A DNA stretch of 64,000 nt from a virus (lineage: Duplodnaviria; Heunggongvirae; Uroviricota; Caudoviricetes), in IMG/VR virus record IMGVR_UViG_3300037280_000066, positions 54,061-118,060 of that record. One strand, written 5' to 3'. Positions 10,221 through 18,137 of the stretch are shown here, piece after piece (position 1 is the stretch's first letter; every line of letters begins with the position of its first letter). The notes under the pieces were generated by a model. That model saw nothing but the letters and a program-made list of their open reading frames with translations. It made no database searches and had not been told where the DNA came from. The position numbers were made by a program, and so were the translations under genes.

Positions 10221-10898
10221 ATGAAAAAAATGATATTAAATCCAGACGAAAAAGTTGTAAATGCTATTCAAAATAGGTTAAAGGTAACAAGTGGTCAATG
10301 CCCATGTATTCCTCCATATTTACAAAGCGAAGATACAATTTGTCCTTGTAAATCATATAGGGAAGAACAACATTGTTGCTGTAATCTGTATGTTGAGGTA
10401 TTTGATAAAGTTGAGTGGTTAAAAAAAGCCATCAATAAATTATATGAAGAAGCTCAAACAAATGGATTAACAATGAGGGATTTAGCTGATTCTATGAAAG
10501 AAATAGTACAACAAAAAAATGCTACTTTGGTTGACATTGGTAAAATTGAAGGTCATGTATTAGATACCTTGTTAACACAAACAGCAGATTATGTAGAATT
10601 ACGTTCAGCTAATATTGGAGATACTTATGTGTTTGATAATGGTTCTGAACAGGTAACAGTGTTACCAACTCACACCATAAGCGTGTATGCAGATATTGAT
10701 GATTTAATCAAGAATGCAATGGATTATCAAAGTTTTATACAAGGTATATCTGATTGTGTTATTGATTTTATTCAAGAATACATAAAAACAAATAATATAA
10801 TTATTACACCAAAATGTATTAAAATGGTTATTGAACATTTTGTAGTTGGTTACAATGGCAATATTGAAATGAACGTAGGATTACAACACTTTAAATAA
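10221..10898 (+). CDS. ferredoxin:thioredoxin reductase catalytic-subunit-like domain fused to an unknown C-terminal domain
   Basis: CPC-x11-CPC-x8-CCC-NLY signature after LNPD...RLK. RBS AGGAG (10209-10213) favours ATG 10221 over the track start 10182. Confidence 0.7.
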   Translation: MKKMILNPDEKVVNAIQNRLKVTSGQCPCIPPYLQSEDTICPCKSYREEQHCCCNLYVEVFDKVEWLKKAINKLYEEAQTNGLTMRDLADSMKEIVQQKNATLVDIGKIEGHVLDTLLTQTADYVELRSANIGDTYVFDNGSEQVTVLPTHTISVYADIDDLIKNAMDYQSFIQGISDCVIDFIQEYIKTNNIIITPKCIKMVIEHFVVGYNGNIEMNVGLQHFK

Positions 10899-10918
10899 GA
10901 AAATGGAGGATTTTAAAC

Positions 10919-11419
10919 ATGATTGAAAAAGTTTATTTTGCAAAGGTAAGACCAGATGCAGTGATACCATCAAAGATTGAAGAAAATGCAGGGTATGATA
11001 TTTACGCTAATTTTCCAGAAGATAACTTCGTAATTTCACCTTATACTTCAAGGCTTGTTCCAATAGGAATAGCATCAGCTTTCAGTAGTAAGTATATGAT
11101 TTTATTAGAGGAAAGAGGAAGTACTGGTGTAAAGAACATGAAGAGAAATGCAGGAGTTATTGATTCAGGTTATAGGAATGAATGGTTTGCATGTATTTAC
11201 AATGGTAATAGCAAGCCAATTACTATCACTAAGGAAACAAATGAGTCTGCCTTAGAAGCTTTAAAAGATGATTATGTTATTTATCCATATAGCAAAGCCA
11301 TCTGCCAAGCTTTATTGTTAGAAGTTCCAGTAGTTGATGTAAATGAGTTATCTTATGATGAACTAAAGGTAATTCCATCAGTTAGAGGAATGGGAGATTT
11401 AGGAAGCTCTGGAAAGTAA
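10919..11419 (+). CDS. dut: trimeric dUTPase
   Basis: AGYDIYA, ERGSTG, GVIDSGYRNE, ICQ and C-terminal RGMGDLGSSG motifs. Confidence 0.93.
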   Translation: MIEKVYFAKVRPDAVIPSKIEENAGYDIYANFPEDNFVISPYTSRLVPIGIASAFSSKYMILLEERGSTGVKNMKRNAGVIDSGYRNEWFACIYNGNSKPITITKETNESALEALKDDYVIYPYSKAICQALLLEVPVVDVNELSYDELKVIPSVRGMGDLGSSGK

Positions 11420-11525
11420 GTTTCCAAACGGATAGGGTAGCATTCGGGAGCATGAGGGAGCTAATCTCTCTAAATCGCCCTCGAACTACCCATGAAATCC
11501 GAATTTTATAAGAAAGGAAATTGAC

Positions 11526-11738
11526 ATGGCTGAGAATAAATTAACAATGGATGTGAAGTTTGAAAATTATGATAAAGATGGACACTTTGTATGTCCACTA
11601 TGCCCCTTTGATGATGTTAGATATGGACTTAAGTTTTGTCCTCAATGTGGATTAACATTTAAATGGGATGTAAACTTATTAAAAATCAAAGAAGTAGGCT
11701 ATAAAAGAATTCAAGAAGATTGGAGAACATCAGGATGA
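11526..11738 (+). CDS. small zinc-ribbon protein
   Basis: CPLC...CPQC, RBS AAGGA. Confidence 0.65.
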   Translation: MAENKLTMDVKFENYDKDGHFVCPLCPFDDVRYGLKFCPQCGLTFKWDVNLLKIKEVGYKRIQEDWRTSG

Positions 11739-12097
11739 AACAAATAATGCACATTAAAATACCACTTAATGAAAATGGTTTACCTATAACACCTGCAAGT
11801 GATGTAGCAAACTTTGTTATTAAACTTAGAAACAACTTACCAGACTTAAAGATTTTAACAACTCCTTTGAATCTGGTGTTAAACAAAAAAATGCTATACA
11901 TACAACGCAATGAGAAATTACCACATCAATTAAGTAAGAAGTTTATTTACATGATAGTTGAATTCCTGAAAGAGTATGAATTTACTTACGCTGAACAACA
12001 TGATGATATTGCAATAGAAGAAAATGAACTTATTGTATTTGATGCAATAAACTGTTCAGATGAAGAAATAGGTTATCTTGTAAACAAATACAAGTAA
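11735..12097 (+). CDS. hypothetical protein
   Basis: ORF track 11720..12097. ATG 11735 overlaps the upstream TGA and follows GGAG. Confidence 0.6.
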   Translation: MKQIMHIKIPLNENGLPITPASDVANFVIKLRNNLPDLKILTTPLNLVLNKKMLYIQRNEKLPHQLSKKFIYMIVEFLKEYEFTYAEQHDDIAIEENELIVFDAINCSDEEIGYLVNKYK

Positions 12098-12107
12098 AAG
12101 GAGAAAT

Positions 12108-12356
12108 ATGGTTACAGCGAAAAAATGGAAAGAATTTCAAGAAATAGGTTTGTTGTGGTGGGTTAACACAATGCTACATATGTTTGGTTGGGCTATAGTA
12201 GTAGAAGTAGAAGATGATGGCTCTATATCAAACGCTTATCCTGCAAGAGTTAAGTTTAGGGGATTTGGTGAAAAACAAAATGAACAAGGTTATCAAAAAG
12301 TTTCAAAATTCCTGAAAGATAACATTGAAGAAATTGAAAAGGAATCTAGGGAGTAA
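12108..12356 (+). CDS. hypothetical phage protein (GLLWWVNTMLHMFGW motif)
   Basis: RBS AAGGAG. Motif looks like a recurring small phage protein, function unknown. Confidence 0.65.
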   Translation: MVTAKKWKEFQEIGLLWWVNTMLHMFGWAIVVEVEDDGSISNAYPARVKFRGFGEKQNEQGYQKVSKFLKDNIEEIEKESRE

Positions 12357-12520
12357 TGAAAATACAAGATAATATTGATATCCTGATTAATCACTTAGAA
12401 ACAAAAAGATTCTTAAGAAAATTAACAGAAGATGAAAAAACCATAATCACTATTACTTACTCAATAGCAATTGACCAAGGATTACAAAAGAATTATGATT
12501 TAAACATGGAAGACTTTTAA
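12356..12520 (+). CDS. hypothetical protein (54 aa, not in ORF track)
   Basis: TAATG overlap with the upstream stop. Reads MKIQDNIDILINHLETKRF...NMEDF* and fills the gap between ORFs. Confidence 0.55.
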   Translation: MKIQDNIDILINHLETKRFLRKLTEDEKTIITITYSIAIDQGLQKNYDLNMEDF

Positions 12521-12533
12521 AGGAGAGTAATAT

Positions 12534-12878
12534 ATGAATCTTTATTGTGCAAGGCAACATCAGGAAACACAAAAATGGAAATATGTAATGTTCAATGACA
12601 ACAAATGCTATCTAGTAGGATACTGTGCTACAGATAAATGTGAAGGTCATAACACAGAGAAAGAAGCCTGTGAACATTACAGACAATATTTATTAGATAC
12701 TAGATTACGTTATTTCACTGAAAACAATGAACAGCGTAAATGTAAAGTATGTGGTGAATGGACACAAGGTAGAGCAACTATAGACATGGAAATATTTGAC
12801 CTTTGCCCAACACACCAAACCAGAGAAGTTGTAGAAACTTTATATGGTAAAGTTGGTGAATGTTGGAGTAGTTATTAG
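12534..12878 (+). CDS. Cys/His-rich hypothetical protein
   Basis: RBS AAGGAG, GYC...CEGH...EACEHY and CKVCGE...LCPTH. Confidence 0.65.
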   Translation: MNLYCARQHQETQKWKYVMFNDNKCYLVGYCATDKCEGHNTEKEACEHYRQYLLDTRLRYFTENNEQRKCKVCGEWTQGRATIDMEIFDLCPTHQTREVVETLYGKVGECWSSY

Positions 12879-12889
12879 GAGGATGGAAG

Positions 12890-13129
12890 ATGTTTAATGT
12901 AAATTTTAACCCATTTGATGTAGAAGATTTAATCATTATTGAAATACAATTGGGTAATCAAATCATACAAAGAACTCAATTACCCTGTGTATTCGCTAGA
13001 CAACAATTTGCAGAGATAATAAAACAACTAGCAAATGATACTCGCCCCATGTTAGCAAGGGCAATAAGACCAAGTGATGATGGTAAAAATGAAGTATTAG
13101 AATTCAAAAATAATGCTTTTGGAAATTAG
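12890..13129 (+). CDS. hypothetical protein
   Basis: RBS AGGAGG, operon context. Confidence 0.6.
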   Translation: MFNVNFNPFDVEDLIIIEIQLGNQIIQRTQLPCVFARQQFAEIIKQLANDTRPMLARAIRPSDDGKNEVLEFKNNAFGN

Positions 13130-13137
13130 GAGGATTC

Positions 13138-13593
13138 ATGATTAAAACAGTACAAGGCAATATCTTAAATGCAACAGAAGATATAATCTGTCACCAAGTT
13201 AACTGTATTGGTATTATGGGTGGTGGTTTAGCCCTACAAATAAGAAATAAATATCCAGAAGTATATCCTGCTTATAAAAGATATATTGAGGGTACAGGTG
13301 ACCATCCATTACTTGGAGAAGTTCAAACTATTCTTTGTTCAGATGGGAAAGTAATTGCAAACTTATTTGGTCAATATAGTGTTGGCACAGATAAAATGCA
13401 AACAGATTATGAAGCTTTAGAAATTGCATTTGAAGGAATAAAATGTATTGCAAAGTGCGTTGGTGGTGACACCATCGCAATACCCTATTTAATAGGGTGT
13501 GGTCTTGGTGGTGGAGATTGGGATGTTGTTTACAAGATAATTGAAAGAGTTTTTGGAGAATATGGTTGTACTATATATGAGTTTACACCATAG
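13138..13593 (+). CDS. macrodomain protein (ADP-ribose binding/hydrolase)
   Basis: GNILNA...ICHQVNCIGIMGGGLALQI, NLFGQY, IAIPYLIGCGLGGGDW. Confidence 0.9.
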   Translation: MIKTVQGNILNATEDIICHQVNCIGIMGGGLALQIRNKYPEVYPAYKRYIEGTGDHPLLGEVQTILCSDGKVIANLFGQYSVGTDKMQTDYEALEIAFEGIKCIAKCVGGDTIAIPYLIGCGLGGGDWDVVYKIIERVFGEYGCTIYEFTP

Positions 13594-13601
13594 GAGGTTG
13601 T

Positions 13602-13835
13602 ATGATAAACGTAATAGAATCAAGCAGAAATAACCCTACAACATTTGTCTGTAGTAAATGTGGAAAACCTGTGTACATGTGCATACATCATGATTATATT
13701 GAAGGTATGTGTTGTAATATCACATATGCAATTACATTAAAGAGTCACCTATGGAATTGCTGTAGTAAACCTTCTAATGGATGTGGGTTTGAATGTAAGA
13801 AAGGTGAAGAGTTTGAAAGGTTGTGTGGCAGATAA
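13602..13835 (+). CDS. Cys-rich hypothetical protein
   Basis: RBS AGGAGG, CSKC and several further Cys. Confidence 0.55.
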   Translation: MINVIESSRNNPTTFVCSKCGKPVYMCIHHDYIEGMCCNITYAITLKSHLWNCCSKPSNGCGFECKKGEEFERLCGR

Positions 13836-13857
13836 TAACCATAGGAGGGTTAATTAT

Positions 13858-14046
13858 ATGATATGCGAACAATGCAAGAAAAAACCAGTAGCAAGAGGAA
13901 TGAAAATGATTCACTGTAATGTTTGTGGTCATACAGCCATGGTAAACTGTTTTCATTCTATAGTTATATGTGATAAGTGTTCTAAAGAATTAAACATATG
14001 TCAATATGGTGATTGTAATCACAGGAAAGAAGGTAATAAATCATGA
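13858..14046 (+). CDS. zinc-finger-like small protein
   Basis: RBS AGGAGG (13843-13848) before ATG 13858. CEQC, CNVC, CDKC, CQYGDC. Confidence 0.6.
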   Translation: MICEQCKKKPVARGMKMIHCNVCGHTAMVNCFHSIVICDKCSKELNICQYGDCNHRKEGNKS

Positions 14047-14351
14047 GTAGAAATAAAAAAATGGAAGAGTCTATTAAAAATGAAGTTACTAAATCAAAGA
14101 CTAAAGCAAAAGAAACAGGTAACTTCAAGTTCCAACTACATACCATTGTTAAATACGTTGGAAAGTTGTTTGACGATTTAACTGGTAAAGAAGCAGAGGT
14201 TTTAACACGTTCTCACTCAAAAGGTAGGATTAACTATGACTTAAAGTTTCTTCATGATGGCAAGGTTCGTAGTTTTATGGAAACTGTGTTAGTAGCAGTT
14301 CCAATGCAAGGTCAAATCTCAATTGAGGAATATGAAAAGGAGAACAAATAA
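14043..14351 (+). CDS. hypothetical protein
   Basis: ORF overlapping both neighbours, consistent with translational coupling. Confidence 0.6.
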   Translation: MSRNKKMEESIKNEVTKSKTKAKETGNFKFQLHTIVKYVGKLFDDLTGKEAEVLTRSHSKGRINYDLKFLHDGKVRSFMETVLVAVPMQGQISIEEYEKENK

Positions 14352-14998
14352 TGATTATAGTTGAACCAGAAGTAAAATTGTTAGAAGATATTAATGGGGA
14401 ATATGTACTGCAATACATTGAAAAGATTGCCAGAGTATGCTACAAAAGCGAAGATTTAATTACAGAAGATTCAGCCAGAAAGATGATAGCAAATCTTATC
14501 AAACGTGGACATGAAGCCATGTTAGAACATGTTTCAATAGGAGTAAAAATCACTACTGATAGAGGTGTTACTCATGAGATTGTAAGACATAGAATAGCAT
14601 CATATGCTCAAGAATCAACTAGATACTGTAACTATGGCAAAGAGAAATTTGGACAGGAAATTACAGTAATTAACCCATTCCTTGCATTTGACCTTGATAT
14701 GGGAGATATTACAAACTATGAAAAGTATATGGTTTGGTATGAAGCAATGGTTAATGCTCAAACATCATATATGAAATTGCTTTCATTAGGTTGTACTCCA
14801 CAAGAAGCAAGAAGCGTACTACCAAACTCATTGAAGGCTGAGATAGTAATGACCTTAAACATTAGAAGTTGGAGAAACTTCTTCAAATTAAGATGTGCTA
14901 AAGATGCTCACCCACAAATGAGACAAGTAGCAATTATGATTCTGAATTTATTCAAATCTATCATACCTGTTATGTTTGATGATATAATAATAGAATAA
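14351..14998 (+). CDS. thyX: FAD-dependent thymidylate synthase
   Basis: ARVCY, GHEAMLEH, RGVTHEIVRHRIASYAQESTRY, EARSVLP, AHPQMR. Confidence 0.95.
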   Translation: MIIVEPEVKLLEDINGEYVLQYIEKIARVCYKSEDLITEDSARKMIANLIKRGHEAMLEHVSIGVKITTDRGVTHEIVRHRIASYAQESTRYCNYGKEKFGQEITVINPFLAFDLDMGDITNYEKYMVWYEAMVNAQTSYMKLLSLGCTPQEARSVLPNSLKAEIVMTLNIRSWRNFFKLRCAKDAHPQMRQVAIMILNLFKSIIPVMFDDIIIE

Positions 14999-15004
14999 AT
15001 GAAT

Positions 15005-15075
15005 GTCTGTGACACATAAATGCCTTTATAACAATTATGTGTCACAGACTATTTACTTTCATGACACATAAATGC
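15005..15075 (+). repeat. 15-bp perfect inverted repeat (terminator-like) plus a third direct copy
   Basis: GTCTGTGACACATAA (15005-15019) / TTATGTGTCACAGAC (15035-15049). TGACACATAAATGC occurs at 15010-15023 and 15062-15075. Confidence 0.8.
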
Positions 15076-15104
15076 AGTAATTGAGATACGAAAGGAAGTA
15101 CATA

Positions 15105-15743
15105 ATGAATAAAAAGAATGAAGAAGTTTTAGAATACATATCACCAATATCTACTAGCAATAATGCACATAATGATTACAAGGTTGTAAGAAAAGGTAAA
15201 AAAACATTTGTTCAAGTATACCCAAGTGAAGAATACACTAGATATAAGGAAATATTTATACCTTACCTGAAAAAGATAGTTAAAAAATATGAATGGGAAA
15301 TGATAAAAGAATTTAAGCATTATTATTTAGATTTAATCATATACTTTGATAGGACAAATTGTGACCCAACAAACTATTTTAAGACACTACAAGATGTAGC
15401 AACAGGGATTCTATGGTTTGATGATAAGATTATTTTGGGAAGGGTGAATAGAGTATATTATACCTATAATGATGATTGTAGACCTCATATTGAATGCAGG
15501 TTATATCCATGTGAGTATGCAGATATTGGCATCTTCAATGATGAAAAAGAGTATGAAAGTTTTATCCAAAATTGTAAAAATTGTAAAAGCTATAAAGCAG
15601 GGGTATGTAAGACTTTAAGTGAATATATGTTATATAAAATCACTAAAGACTTTGATTTAAAAACTAGAAGTTGTCTTAAGTTTAAAGAAGAGATAGCAAA
15701 AACTCCCAAGAAAAAAGTAAATGACAAAAAAAGGGCTACCTAA
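15105..15743 (+). CDS. RusA-like Holliday junction resolvase with Cys-containing C-terminal extension
   Basis: PISTSNN...DPTNYFKTLQD...DDKII pattern resembles RusA DxxNxxKxxxD. RBS AAGGAAG favours ATG 15105. Confidence 0.7.
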   Translation: MNKKNEEVLEYISPISTSNNAHNDYKVVRKGKKTFVQVYPSEEYTRYKEIFIPYLKKIVKKYEWEMIKEFKHYYLDLIIYFDRTNCDPTNYFKTLQDVATGILWFDDKIILGRVNRVYYTYNDDCRPHIECRLYPCEYADIGIFNDEKEYESFIQNCKNCKSYKAGVCKTLSEYMLYKITKDFDLKTRSCLKFKEEIAKTPKKKVNDKKRAT

Positions 15744-15758
15744 ACAGTAGCCCTTTTT
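15726..15758. terminator. bidirectional intrinsic terminator between the convergent modules
   Basis: AAAAAAAGGGCTAC-CTAAACA-GTAGCCCTTTTT, with A and T runs on both sides. Confidence 0.9.
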
Positions 15759-15763
15759 ATTTA

Positions 15764-16171
15764 TTATTGTTGATGTGCTATACACATAGCAAAACAAGCT
15801 TTAATAATACTTTCTATTATTGCTAATTCATCTTCACTAATCTTAATACCATATGTTGAAGTCATTTCCTTCACAACATCCATACCATCATTGATAGCTT
15901 CTTCCTCTGTTTTTGCATTCGCAATGATTTTAATATGCTCTAATGCATCAACTATTATAGGTATTAATGAGAGTATTTTAGTGTTGCCAAAGTTGTTATT
16001 TTTAAGTGCATTACCAATAAATACGACAATCACTTTTGTTATATCTAAGGAATCATCAATATTGGATGGAGTTATAGTACTGTGTGACTTAATGTATTTT
16101 ACTAATGCATATATTAAACCTGACATTAATAAAACAGCTAATGTAATTAAAGATGGGTAGTACATATCCAT
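15764..16171 (-). CDS. putative holin / lysis-module membrane protein
   Basis: N-terminal TM segment (LITLAVLLMSGLIYALV), next to the endolysin. RBS AAGGAG favours start 16171. Confidence 0.6.
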   Translation of the reverse strand: MDMYYPSLITLAVLLMSGLIYALVKYIKSHSTITPSNIDDSLDITKVIVVFIGNALKNNNFGNTKILSLIPIIVDALEHIKIIANAKTEEEAINDGMDVVKEMTSTYGIKISEDELAIIESIIKACFAMCIAHQQ

Positions 16172-16184
16172 AACAAAATTCTCC

Positions 16185-17159
16185 TTATATTTTTGTTCCT
16201 TTTGTGATTGCGTTCTTGAACATTGCACCTATTAATCCCATAGTAACTAAATCTACAGGATTCTTTGCAGAGCCTATGAAACCTTTTACTGTTAAGAACT
16301 GGATAGGGTCTTCAATAGAAAAATCTTTCAATCTATTTTTGTACATACTAGCAAATGTGTTGATAGTAATTTGTTCAGTTGCTAAATGATTATATGCAGG
16401 TGTTCCATCAGGTTTCAATGAGAAGAATCCACATTTACATAGATAAGAAATAGGTTCAATAGTAGTAAATTTGTCTGTATAATTATTAATCATAGAAGCA
16501 AAAGTACCCATTGTTACTATTTCATATACAGTATGATTAGGAGATTTAACAAATCCTGCTGTGTATAGGTAATTAAAACCATCAATCATCCATTGAGGTG
16601 TGATTTTTGTTACCATTAAATCAGCCACTCTTTGTTTAAATAATGCCCATTCATTAGGATTATTAACAAACCATCTGTGACAATCTTTCCATCCTACTAC
16701 TTCTTGGTGTGTCCATAGGTTAAGTAATGGGTTAAGTTTGAATTTAATACATAAATCAGCACATCTTTCAACAAGCGTATTATATGTAGCAGAAGTCATT
16801 AATCCATTCCAATCAGTATGAGTACATTCAATTCCATAAGTGCAGTAATTAGGACTTCCACCAAGCTCATTTAAACATCTTTGAGTATATGTAGCACTAC
16901 CACAATTATATGTGATTTCATTTTCAGGCACACAAACTACAATATCACCATTTAAATCTACTACTTCATGAGCAGAACCATAATCTAGAGTTCCTGATTT
17001 TCTGCTTTCAAAATAATCCCTATTACCTGTTGCAGTACTCATTGGATTTGCCACCCAATGTATTACAATTGCTTTTATTAAAGTAAGAGCTTTTTGAGGT
17101 CTACTCCATTGATTTGGAGTTAAAAGTTTATTAATTACATTATACATTTTACATTCCAC
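16185..17159 (-). CDS. endolysin, N-acetylmuramoyl-L-alanine amidase (Amidase_2) with repeated C-terminal cell-wall-binding segments
   Basis: IVIHWVAN, SAHEVVD, YGIECTH, THQEVVGWKDC. C-terminal repeats of type YL..GF...H. Confidence 0.9.
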   Translation of the reverse strand: MECKMYNVINKLLTPNQWSRPQKALTLIKAIVIHWVANPMSTATGNRDYFESRKSGTLDYGSAHEVVDLNGDIVVCVPENEITYNCGSATYTQRCLNELGGSPNYCTYGIECTHTDWNGLMTSATYNTLVERCADLCIKFKLNPLLNLWTHQEVVGWKDCHRWFVNNPNEWALFKQRVADLMVTKITPQWMIDGFNYLYTAGFVKSPNHTVYEIVTMGTFASMINNYTDKFTTIEPISYLCKCGFFSLKPDGTPAYNHLATEQITINTFASMYKNRLKDFSIEDPIQFLTVKGFIGSAKNPVDLVTMGLIGAMFKNAITKGTKI

Positions 17160-17167
17160 CTTTCAAA

Positions 17168-17530
17168 TTAAACACCACTGTTGTCACCACTACTAGGTGT
17201 TGTATGTGTAGTGGCTTGATTGTTAGTATTAGTAGGCAATGCTGAGTAATTAGGATAAGCACTAGGGTATGTACTTTGTGTGTTAGAGTTATTACCTTTT
17301 GAAGCTTGAACAATTCCTGCAATACTTGTCACAGCATTTGTTCCAAATACCAATCCTGAAAGAGTCAATACTATAGTCATACAATTTGGTGGTATATCTG
17401 CTATTCCACCAAGTATAAATGCCTTGTAAATTGATAATGTTGTAACAGCAATTAATATTATTACAACTATACTTTTTCTACTTTCATCAATTGATAATAG
17501 TTGAGTAAAGAAATTTTTTATTCCAGACAT
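17168..17530 (-). CDS. putative holin (2 TM)
   Basis: Two hydrophobic segments and a polar tail, immediately upstream of the amidase. Confidence 0.6.
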   Translation of the reverse strand: MSGIKNFFTQLLSIDESRKSIVVIILIAVTTLSIYKAFILGGIADIPPNCMTIVLTLSGLVFGTNAVTSIAGIVQASKGNNSNTQSTYPSAYPNYSALPTNTNNQATTHTTPSSGDNSGV

Positions 17531-17543
17531 ATTATCACATCCT

Positions 17544-17969
17544 TTACTTTAAAAAGTGTTGAACTAATGTCCATAAAGCCAACACTACTAATGGAGATAT
17601 AACTTGTCCAATTACAACCCATGTTTTGTTTTCTTTCTTGTCTTCTTTTGCATTACCTGAAAGCTCTATTTCTTTGATTGCTTTCTTGATTTCATCACAG
17701 ATATCTTTTACATCTTCAATTTTTCCATTGATTTTATTTTCCAAATCTTTAAATTTATCCTCAATGTATTTGAATCTATCTGTAATTGTAGTTTCTATTT
17801 TAGTTACTTTCTCACTTAACTCTCTTACTTCATGAGAATATTGGTCGAATTTACCTAGAACATACCCTTTATGTTCTCTTAATTCTAACTTAATATCTGC
17901 TACTTCTTTCCTTAATGCTTCATCTTTTTGAACACATCCACTGTGTTGGTCACAATACTCTTTAGCCAT
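17544..17969 (-). CDS. XhlA-like coiled-coil protein with C-terminal membrane anchor (lysis module)
   Basis: Charged coiled-coil body, C-terminal TM (WVVIGQVISPLVVLALW), lysis cassette position. Confidence 0.55.
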   Translation of the reverse strand: MAKEYCDQHSGCVQKDEALRKEVADIKLELREHKGYVLGKFDQYSHEVRELSEKVTKIETTITDRFKYIEDKFKDLENKINGKIEDVKDICDEIKKAIKEIELSGNAKEDKKENKTWVVIGQVISPLVVLALWTLVQHFLK

Positions 17970-18096
17970 CTAATTTTTCCTCCTTGTAATAAAATTAGGT
18001 TTGTAATTGTTATGATAAATCCTAATATTCTCTATATATATGATGTTACTAAGGACATGATTTCATTTATCACCACCTTTTACTAACATGAATTAT

Positions 18097-18129
18097 ATAA
18101 AAAGAGATTGTGATATACACCACAATCTC
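18097..18129 (-). terminator. intrinsic terminator after the fibre gene cluster
   Basis: Stem GAGATTGTG (18104-18112) / CACAATCTC (18121-18129), with an A-run on the left that is the U-tract on the - strand. Confidence 0.7.
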
Positions 18130-18137
18130 ATATTTTA

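Noticed and set aside
18030-18080. RBS followed by a 5-codon minigene (MKSCP*) upstream of the lysis genes
   Set aside because: Too short to support; could be chance in AT-rich DNA.
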